The notes below the pieces were generated by a model. It saw nothing but the letters and a program-made list of their open reading frames with translations. It did not search any database and had not been told where the DNA came from. From a virus (Duplodnaviria > Caudoviricetes): a stretch of DNA of 63,362 nucleotides. The stretch covers positions 1-63,362 of the IMG/VR virus record IMGVR_UViG_3300025030_000103. One strand, written 5' to 3'. Made by a program: the position numbers and the translations under genes. Positions 9,477 to 16,878 of this stretch are shown in pieces; the first letter of the stretch is position 1, and every line of letters begins with the position of its first letter.

Positions 9477-10922
9477 GTGAGCTTCGGTGATATGCTTACA
9501 GGTGCAGTTGAAGATCAACCATCTAAATACCTTTTTGTAGAAGACATAGTTATCGGAGAAAGATTCAGGAAGGAGTACAACAAGATAGATGAACTCTGCC
9601 AATCTATAGTCGAAAACGGCCTGATGCATTTTCCTGTAGTTGATGAACAGAATAATCTGATTGCCGGCGGCCGAAGAATGACTGCTCTGAAAAAACTGGG
9701 CTGGACCCAAATCCCTGTGAGGGAAATGAAAGATGTCAGTCCTATCAAGCTCAGAGAAATGGAACTGGAAGAAAACCTCCAGAGAGAAAACTTAACCTGG
9801 CAAGAGGAGGTTGCACTTAAAAATGAAATCCTCCGCCTTAAGCAAGAGCTTCACGGCATTAAAGGCACAGGTCGTGCAGCAACTAATTCATCTGGGGTAT
9901 CTCAGAAAGACGTCGCCGAGATGCTTGGTGACTCCCAAGCTAACTTCTCTATGGACGTGGCACTTGCGAAGGCTATGGAGGAAATCCCAGAGCTTGCGGC
10001 CTGTTCAACTAAGGATGAAGCGCGCAAGAAGCTTAAGCAGATGCAAGAGCGTCTTATTGTAGAAGAACTTGGAAGGAGGCACCGTGCTACGAACACAATT
10101 CAAGTTGACAAAGGCGGAGCTACTGTTGTTGAAAACCCAGCTCTTGCAACCCAAAAGCCTAAGTTATCTTTCTACTCACAAGCAGACGCAAGCTTTAGAA
10201 TCGGTGATGCTATCGAAGGCCTTAAGAATCTCGAGCCGAGCACAACCCTGCGATATATCAACGTCGACACTCCGTACGGAATCGACCTTAATGCAATCAA
10301 GCGAGATAACGGTGGAGACGTTAAGATTATCGAATCAGATTACCGAGAAGTGGCTGCAGGAGATTTTCTCTTCCGCGATAAAGAGAGTGGAGAATGGAGA
10401 GGTTTCGCTTATGAAGTCGCATCCGAGTGCTTTAGGCTTTCTGCAGATGACTGCTCCATGACTTGGTGGTTTGCAATCCAGTGGTATCAGCCTCTCCTTG
10501 AAATGCTCCAGCAGGTAGGGTGGAAAGTAGATGCTATCCCTAACATCTGGGATACCGGCGAACAAGGTCAGACAAATCAACCTGAGCTGTATCTTGCAAG
10601 ATGCTATGAACCCTTCTTCTCTTGTAGAAAAGGCACTCCGGTTATCTTCAAGAGGGGAAGAAGTAATATCTTCCGGCATAAAAAACTCAACGGAGATAAG
10701 AAGATTCACCCTACGGAAAAGCCTTTATCCCTTATGAAGGAGGTCTTCGAAACCTATGCTCAGCCGGGCTGTACAATCCTTGTGCCGTTTATCGGAAGTG
10801 GTAATGATCTACTCACTGGCTTTTCTATGGGCCATAGTACATTCGGCTTTGACCTTAATGAGGAGGTTAAGAAGAGATTCCTTATCAGGCTCGTTGAAAT
10901 GGAACAGGCCGGAATTCTATGA
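9477..10922 (+). CDS. ParB-like CTPase + HTH fused to an N4/N6 DNA methyltransferase (beta order)
   Basis: ParB motifs IAGGRRMTAL and ELEENLQRENL; HTH SQKDVAEMLGDSQANFS; MTase motif IV variant VDTPYG, HPTEKP and motif I PFIGSG. Confidence 0.88.
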   Translation: MSFGDMLTGAVEDQPSKYLFVEDIVIGERFRKEYNKIDELCQSIVENGLMHFPVVDEQNNLIAGGRRMTALKKLGWTQIPVREMKDVSPIKLREMELEENLQRENLTWQEEVALKNEILRLKQELHGIKGTGRAATNSSGVSQKDVAEMLGDSQANFSMDVALAKAMEEIPELAACSTKDEARKKLKQMQERLIVEELGRRHRATNTIQVDKGGATVVENPALATQKPKLSFYSQADASFRIGDAIEGLKNLEPSTTLRYINVDTPYGIDLNAIKRDNGGDVKIIESDYREVAAGDFLFRDKESGEWRGFAYEVASECFRLSADDCSMTWWFAIQWYQPLLEMLQQVGWKVDAIPNIWDTGEQGQTNQPELYLARCYEPFFSCRKGTPVIFKRGRSNIFRHKKLNGDKKIHPTEKPLSLMKEVFETYAQPGCTILVPFIGSGNDLLTGFSMGHSTFGFDLNEEVKKRFLIRLVEMEQAGIL

Positions 10923-11128
10923 GTCAGAGTAAGATCGGCTCCTTCATAGAAAGTTGGGCGAATATCTTTATAGGTTGGGCAGTTGCAGTTGCAAGCCAGG
11001 TATTGATCTTTCCTCTTTATGGAATCAACTGCCCTTTGGAAACCAACATAAAGATCAGTCTCTGGTTCACAGCTATTTCTCTTATCCGAAGTTATACAAT
11101 AAGAAGAATCTTTAATCGCTTGCATTAG
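10919..11128 (+). CDS. Small two-TM membrane protein
   Basis: Two hydrophobic helices and an RSY..RR.F tail; ATGA-coupled to the MTase gene. Confidence 0.7.
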   Translation: MSQSKIGSFIESWANIFIGWAVAVASQVLIFPLYGINCPLETNIKISLWFTAISLIRSYTIRRIFNRLH

Positions 11129-11185
11129 ATTGCATTCGAAATTTGAATACAAACTGCATAGACGGTGCAGTTACTTGGAGGTTTT

Positions 11186-11353
11186 ATGGAAAGACGTTGT
11201 GGCAGTTGCCTTTGGAAGAAGGAAAATAGATGTTGCTTTAACCCGCCTGTGTTGGTAATGCAAAAAGATATCACAACATGGCAGCAACCGAAAGTTGAAG
11301 ACTCTGATTCTTGTAGCCAGTATAAACACTACAGGTCGGAGGACTGCGAATGA
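11186..11353 (+). CDS. Small Cys-rich protein
   Basis: CGSC..W, CC..PP, SCSQY; GGAGG RBS. Confidence 0.65.
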   Translation: MERRCGSCLWKKENRCCFNPPVLVMQKDITTWQQPKVEDSDSCSQYKHYRSEDCE

Positions 11354-13968
11354 GCTTCATTCAAATGGACGGTCTACAAACACAAACTGAAGGCATATCC
11401 CAAATAATCCCTGGTAGTAGGATCGTAGTCATAGGAGATTCTCCATGCTCAGACGACTTCAAAACTCGCAAGCCTTTCTCTGGTACTGCTGGGACTCTCT
11501 TAGGGCAATGCTTGGGTACTGCTGGTATTCAACTCTCATCGTTATCCGTTATCTTCTTAAACCCGACTGGCATCAGCTGCGCAGGTCTATGGACAGAGAA
11601 GGGAGGTTTTACAACTACAGGTGCCGACGCAATAGGGAATATCTGTTCCATAGTCAAGGTCATAAATCCTAATGTCATTGTCCCTCTAGGTGAAATCCCC
11701 TTCCAAGCTGTCTGCCGAAGATCAGGGATAACCAAGTACAGAAACTCAATGCTCGAAGCAGCTGGGAACTTTACTCGCGAAGATGGAACGCCCTACAAAG
11801 TTATCCCAACGCTATCTCCAGCAACCGCAATTAGACAATATCTCTTAAGATATCACATCGCCAATGACTTTCGGAGGATTCATGAAGAGAGTTTTTACCC
11901 AGACATTCGAGTCCCGGCCCGTACTTTACTGGTCCAACCCAGTTTCCTTGAATGTAAGGCTTTTCTTCTTGAGCTTATCACCGATAAGAAACCTTCCGCT
12001 TTCGATATCGAGGTTTACAAAGGTGAAGTTTCTTGTATCTCTTTCGCTCCTGATTCCTTGCTATCTATGTCAATCCCTTTCGACTCGCGTTGGACTATCG
12101 AAGAGGAAGCAGAACTCTGGAGATTGATTGAGGCTTATCTAGGCGATGCCTCTATAGCAAAATATCTCCAAAACGGAATGTTTGATAGAAGCTTTCTTTT
12201 GATGCGGAATAAGATTATCGTAAGAGGCATAGTCCACGACACAATGATAAAGTGCCATCTGAACTACCCTGACTTCCCGAAAGGCTTAGGTTTCATCTGC
12301 TCCCTCTTTACAAGGGAACCCTACTATAAAGACGACGGCAAGACTTGGTTCAATGATATCAAAGGTAGCGGCCATAACAACATTAATCAGTTCTACGAGT
12401 ATAATGCAAAAGACTCTGCGGTGCTTCTCGAAGCTGATCCTTTGCTACAAGATGAGCTAGTCAAGTTTGGAAACGCTGAGACATATGACTTCTGCCGCAG
12501 ACTCATGGAGCCACTTCTGTTCATGGCAACCAGAGGAATTAAGGTTAACAAAGATAAGTTGCAGGCACATAAAGTTGAAGCAACAGCGTCCCTTGAGAAG
12601 GCGCAAATCGAGTTGAATAAACTCTGCGGCTTTGCTCTTAACGTCTCAAGTCCGAAACAATGCAAAGAGTACTTCTACGGCGTCAAAGGTTATAAGCCAA
12701 TAACCGCCTTGAAGAAAGACCCTGTTACTGGAGAGCGAAGTTCAAAAGCTACAACAGACAACAAAGCAATGAAAAAACTAGCCCTTAAAGGCTGCAAGGA
12801 GGCAACCCTTGTCCAACAAGTACGTGCTTACAGGAAGCTTATCGGTACCTACCTTAATATTAGCTTTGATAGTGATGGCCGTCTTAGGTGTTCTTGGAAT
12901 ATCTCTGGCACTAATAGTGGTAGACTTTCTTCCAGCGCAACGATATTTGGCACCGGAACTAACATGCAAAACCTTCCTAAAATCTTTAAGGCCTTCTTAG
13001 AGGCTGACGAAGGTTATCTCATGTGCGAGATGGACAAAGCACAAGCTGAATGGGTTGTCGTAGCTTATCTCTGTGGCGATGCTAATATGATCCGCACCAT
13101 AGAGAATAGGGAAGATGCGCATATCAATACAGCCCATCTAATGTTCGGCGCACCGAAAGAGCTTATAAAGTTAGAGGATGAAATCCTAGGGAGTGAGTCT
13201 GATGAATCTGTTATTCTACAGAAGCGGAAAGAGTATTGCCCTGATATCCTTCGCTATCATCCTATTCCTAATATGTCCTGTAGGCAAGCCGGGAAGAAGT
13301 CAAATCACGGTCTCAACTACGACCTCGGAGCGAACGGATTTGCTGCTACATATGGTCTCGATCTCAGGGAAGCGCGGCGCTGCTGTGATCTCTACCACAG
13401 AGCTTATCCTTCTATTAGAATCTGGCACGCACATATCAGAACGCAATTGGGAAAAGATCGGACTCTTGTAAATCTGTTTGGAAGGAAAAGGAGGTTTTTA
13501 GATCGCTGGGGAGATGATCTCTTTAAAGCAGCTTACGCCTATATCCCTCAGAGCACGGTTGCTCAGCTTCTTAACAAAGCCCTGATTGATTGCTACGAGA
13601 AGCAGACTTTGCCAGACTTTGAGTTCTTGCGAAAGCTAGAGCTACTCTCCCAAGTGCATGACTCTGTCCTCTGGCAAAGGATTCTCTCAGATCTTAGAGG
13701 CTACGCCCAGTGTATGCTGGCTATAAAGGAGTTTGCTGAAGTCCCCTTGGTGGCTAATGGCAGATCATTTATAATCAGAACAGATGCAAAAGTAGGCTTT
13801 GATGCAAAGAATCTTGAGAAAGTCTCCATAGAAGGAACACTAGACGAAGTTACAGCAAACCTCGAACAGGTTGTCGCAAAGCTACTTGAGAAGCAAAAAC
13901 AAACCTCAACCGCTATCGACTTAGATGAATTGGAGGACTCTGAAGATGATGAAGTTGAGGAGGGGTAA
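11350..13968 (+). CDS. polA: Family A DNA polymerase with N-terminal uracil-DNA-glycosylase-like domain and 3'-5' exonuclease
   Basis: UDG-like VIGDSP/PFSG.AG/IVPLG; exonuclease FDIE, QNGMFD, YNAKD; SGRLSS; polymerase motifs A MDKAQAE, B RQAGKKSNHGLNY, C QVHDS. Confidence 0.93.
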   Translation: MSFIQMDGLQTQTEGISQIIPGSRIVVIGDSPCSDDFKTRKPFSGTAGTLLGQCLGTAGIQLSSLSVIFLNPTGISCAGLWTEKGGFTTTGADAIGNICSIVKVINPNVIVPLGEIPFQAVCRRSGITKYRNSMLEAAGNFTREDGTPYKVIPTLSPATAIRQYLLRYHIANDFRRIHEESFYPDIRVPARTLLVQPSFLECKAFLLELITDKKPSAFDIEVYKGEVSCISFAPDSLLSMSIPFDSRWTIEEEAELWRLIEAYLGDASIAKYLQNGMFDRSFLLMRNKIIVRGIVHDTMIKCHLNYPDFPKGLGFICSLFTREPYYKDDGKTWFNDIKGSGHNNINQFYEYNAKDSAVLLEADPLLQDELVKFGNAETYDFCRRLMEPLLFMATRGIKVNKDKLQAHKVEATASLEKAQIELNKLCGFALNVSSPKQCKEYFYGVKGYKPITALKKDPVTGERSSKATTDNKAMKKLALKGCKEATLVQQVRAYRKLIGTYLNISFDSDGRLRCSWNISGTNSGRLSSSATIFGTGTNMQNLPKIFKAFLEADEGYLMCEMDKAQAEWVVVAYLCGDANMIRTIENREDAHINTAHLMFGAPKELIKLEDEILGSESDESVILQKRKEYCPDILRYHPIPNMSCRQAGKKSNHGLNYDLGANGFAATYGLDLREARRCCDLYHRAYPSIRIWHAHIRTQLGKDRTLVNLFGRKRRFLDRWGDDLFKAAYAYIPQSTVAQLLNKALIDCYEKQTLPDFEFLRKLELLSQVHDSVLWQRILSDLRGYAQCMLAIKEFAEVPLVANGRSFIIRTDAKVGFDAKNLEKVSIEGTLDEVTANLEQVVAKLLEKQKQTSTAIDLDELEDSEDDEVEEG

Positions 13969-15179
13969 TGGCAAGAAACTACGAGGACTTCTTAACAGCG
14001 TATCTAAGATACACTGCAAACACGGAACCCCCTACAAACTACCATATCTGGACAGCGCTTTCCGCTATCAGCGGATGCTTACAAAGAAGGGTATACTTAA
14101 AGTGGGGTTTCAAAAGACTCTATCCGAATTTGTACATAGTCTTGATTGGGCCCAGCGGGTGTCGTAAGGGAACTGCGATGGGCATAGGCAAGGACCTCTT
14201 GCAAGACATCAACGGAGTTGTCCTTACAAGCGAGTCTGTAACTAGGGAGGCTCTCATCAGAGATATGCGAGACTGTGTCGCTACCTACATGGACCCTACG
14301 GATAACGTCCCAAAGTTTCATTGCTCTATAACAGTTCAATCGGAGGAACTCAGTGTCTTTCTTGGCCAGGGTAATATCAAATTCCTTGCTGATCTCACTG
14401 ACTGGTTTGATTGTCACGACCAGTGGACATACAGAACCAAGGGCAGTGGCACAGACAAACTCACCGGCGTGTGTGTTAACTTCCTCGGAGCCACAGCACC
14501 TGATTGGCTGCGATCTATCTTGCCTCAAGAAGCGTTCGGGGGTGGGTTTACATCTCGAATTATATTCGTCGTCGAGGATACTAAAAAACAGATTGTAGCT
14601 GATCCTACTGTTTCGCAAGATATTCTGAATATGCGGCCCTACTTAGTGAATGATCTTGAGCAGATTGCACTGATGGCCGGGGAGATGCGATTTGATAACA
14701 AAACTATGGAAGCTTATACAAAGTGGTATACTCACCAAAGCAAGAGTCCGGTTATTAAAGATCCTCACTTTGCTGGCTATTGTGAGCGAAGAGCTGTTCA
14801 CACTCTTAAGCTCAGTATGGTTGCTAGTGCTTCTCGCTCTTCTGACAGAATTATTCTTGTATCTGACTTTGAGCGAGCTGTTTCTTTGCTTGAATCAGTA
14901 GAGCCTAAGATGCCTAGAGCTTTCCTTGGACTCGGCAAAGCTAGATACAGTGAATCAACTGCTCAAATCTTCGATTACCTTCTCAAGGTAAAGCAAACAA
15001 CTAGAAGTGATATCTTAGATAAGTTCTGCTACGATATAGATGAATACACCTTGCAGATTATCATGAAGACTCTTGCAGCTAGGAAGGTTATAGATATCCG
15101 ATACGATGCAGAGAGAACAGATTATCTCTATTCAATCTCGAAACACATACTGGAGGGAAAGACTAATGAAGCTGTATAG
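13968..15179 (+). CDS. DUF3987-like P-loop ATPase (putative replicative helicase)
   Basis: YPNLYIVLIGPSGCRKGT Walker A-like, SEELSVFL, GGFTSR; TAATG-coupled to polA. Confidence 0.75.
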   Translation: MARNYEDFLTAYLRYTANTEPPTNYHIWTALSAISGCLQRRVYLKWGFKRLYPNLYIVLIGPSGCRKGTAMGIGKDLLQDINGVVLTSESVTREALIRDMRDCVATYMDPTDNVPKFHCSITVQSEELSVFLGQGNIKFLADLTDWFDCHDQWTYRTKGSGTDKLTGVCVNFLGATAPDWLRSILPQEAFGGGFTSRIIFVVEDTKKQIVADPTVSQDILNMRPYLVNDLEQIALMAGEMRFDNKTMEAYTKWYTHQSKSPVIKDPHFAGYCERRAVHTLKLSMVASASRSSDRIILVSDFERAVSLLESVEPKMPRAFLGLGKARYSESTAQIFDYLLKVKQTTRSDILDKFCYDIDEYTLQIIMKTLAARKVIDIRYDAERTDYLYSISKHILEGKTNEAV

Positions 15180-15268
15180 GTGCATAACCTGCGGAACAAA
15201 GCAAGCTAACGACAAGTCTTGCAAGGGTTGCTATGGAACAATCTTTATTACACTAAAGGAGGTTAAAA

Positions 15269-15637
15269 GTGGAGCGCCCTGATAACAATCCAAAATCTAT
15301 CTTCGGTATGAAGAAGCCTGCTCTGGGTCTTATACCTTCCCCAGCGCTGATTCACACCGCCATAGCTTTTCAACTAGGCGCAGCTAAGTATGGGCCATAC
15401 AACTGGAGAGAGAAGTCAGTATCTGCTATGGTTTATCTTAATGCCGCCGAACGTCACTTGAGAGCTTTCCTAGATAGGGAAGATGTAGAAGAAGAGTCTG
15501 GAGCTTGCCACTTAGGTCACGTAATGGCATGTTGTGCAATTATCCTAGATGCCATGGCGGTAAATAATCTTATAGACGACCGACCAATCTATGCCCCTGT
15601 TGGAGATATCTTGAAACAATTTACTAAGGAGGATTAA
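15269..15637 (+). CDS. dATP/dGTP diphosphohydrolase domain protein (DUF5664-like)
   Basis: NPK..G.KK, GAAKYGPYNWR, RHL, ESG..HLGH..C, DDRP. Confidence 0.85.
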   Translation: MERPDNNPKSIFGMKKPALGLIPSPALIHTAIAFQLGAAKYGPYNWREKSVSAMVYLNAAERHLRAFLDREDVEEESGACHLGHVMACCAIILDAMAVNNLIDDRPIYAPVGDILKQFTKED

Positions 15638-15640
15638 ACA

Positions 15641-15823
15641 ATGGGAACCTGTGCCGAATGCGAAGAGAAAGAAAAGAAAGCCAAGACTAGAAATCAAGAA
15701 ACTCAAGGTGGCTGCGTTCGCTGTAAGTTCCGCTTCAAGCGCTATGATCAAGAACCTTGTAAGTCTTGTAACTTAGATAGCTGTGTAGAAGATTACTTCC
15801 CAGGCTTTGAGGCCTCTAAATAG
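15641..15823 (+). CDS. Small Cys-rich protein
   Basis: Three CxxC pairs; GGAGG RBS. Confidence 0.6.
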   Translation: MGTCAECEEKEKKAKTRNQETQGGCVRCKFRFKRYDQEPCKSCNLDSCVEDYFPGFEASK

Positions 15824-15876
15824 ATAAGAAAAGGGAGATAGACAATAGCTAAGTCTATCTCCCTTTCTTTTATCTA
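15821..15876. terminator. Bidirectional terminator where the two genome arms converge
   Basis: tagataagaaaagggagatagac...gtctatctccctttcttttatcta, a long inverted repeat with A/T tracts on both sides. Confidence 0.88.
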
Positions 15877-15877
15877 C

Positions 15878-15964
15878 TTAACACTTCCCACCTTTCTTTC
15901 CGCCCTTAGGCATCTGCGGCATATCTTTCTTGGGCATCATCGGCATAGTAGGTTTCTTCGGCAT
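15878..15964 (-). CDS. 28-aa basic peptide MPKKPTMPMMPKKDMPQMPKGGKKGGKC
   Basis: Translated by hand; strong AAAGGAGGTGA RBS; last ORF before the terminator. Confidence 0.65.
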   Translation of the reverse strand: MPKKPTMPMMPKKDMPQMPKGGKKGGKC

Positions 15965-16007
15965 CTATATCACCTCCTTTAGTTTAAATTCGAAATTCGA
16001 ATGGAAA

Positions 16008-16202
16008 CTAATCCGTGCTGATTATCTTAGCCTCTTTCTTATTAGTCGCCCAACCGAGCAGACCGAAAACAACCGCCATAGCAAGTTGCAGCCAATCACC
16101 TTGATGCATGGTGCCAGAGCTTGCAGAAACAACCGGCTCAGCGGCGGTTACAACGGCACCAACCGCACCAAGAATGGTAGTGAGTTTATCTTTATCTTGC
16201 AT
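16008..16202 (-). CDS. Putative holin
   Basis: Two hydrophobic segments and a basic C-terminus; next to the lysin. Confidence 0.6.
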   Translation of the reverse strand: MQDKDKLTTILGAVGAVVTAAEPVVSASSGTMHQGDWLQLAMAVVFGLLGWATNKKEAKIISTD

Positions 16203-16213
16203 AACAATCTCCT

Positions 16214-16423
16214 TTAGGAATGCGTCGAAGTGTAGGAAGCAAAAATAGCCTTATCTGCATCGATCCGAGTTCTAAGCTCTTCCAGATTCTGCTTAATCAG
16301 CTCGAGCTTCTGATTATCTCCGAGTGTGCCGTGGCTAGCTGAGGGCAGTGTCGAAGTCCATGCCGAAGCAATACCTGCGGTTAGTGCCACAAGAATAATA
16401 GCCGTATAAATCTTATTCCACAT
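16214..16423 (-). CDS. Signal/TM-anchored small protein (possible spanin component)
   Basis: N-terminal hydrophobic helix then a coiled coil; in the lysis cassette. Confidence 0.5.
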   Translation of the reverse strand: MWNKIYTAIILVALTAGIASAWTSTLPSASHGTLGDNQKLELIKQNLEELRTRIDADKAIFASYTSTHS

Positions 16424-16426
16424 TCT

Positions 16427-16873
16427 CTACGCCTCCTCTGTTGGCCATCTCATACCAACGATCCTATAAGACCCAAGACCGAAACCACTTTCTTTTACTG
16501 AATCACCTTGGTTCCCGCCCAGAAGTCTAACCCGCCCATCTTGCTCTCTAAGATAAAACCCTACGTGATATCCCGAGGAGCTTCCAGTTGCTTTATCTGC
16601 TCCGGCCTGCTTCTGCTGTATAATACAGATAGCCCCCTCCCTAGGCTCGCAAGCCACACCCCAGTCAAGCCAACTCTTCGCAGCTGCACTATTTGTACCT
16701 TTGAGTCCGGCTTTCAAGATGCACCAGTTTACAAAGCTAGAGCACCACGGTATCTCGTCCTCCTTCGCCTTTAGTGTGGTGGTAGAATGATACTCGATGA
16801 TCTTCTTATTCTCGCCTCCTTTGACCTCAGATACTCCGACTTCACCCTTTGCGATCTCTAGCCACTTTGCCAT
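16427..16873 (-). CDS. TIGR02594-like NlpC/P60 (CHAP-type) endolysin
   Basis: DEIPWCSSFVNW catalytic Cys, AKSW, GYHVGF His, LLGGNQ. Confidence 0.88.
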   Translation of the reverse strand: MAKWLEIAKGEVGVSEVKGGENKKIIEYHSTTTLKAKEDEIPWCSSFVNWCILKAGLKGTNSAAAKSWLDWGVACEPREGAICIIQQKQAGADKATGSSSGYHVGFYLREQDGRVRLLGGNQGDSVKESGFGLGSYRIVGMRWPTEEA

Positions 16874-16878
16874 CTTCG

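Noticed and set aside
7190-10922. ParA/ParB plasmid-prophage partition system
   Set aside because: The ATPase has a standard Walker A and a Sak4-like context, not the deviant KGGxGK of ParA.
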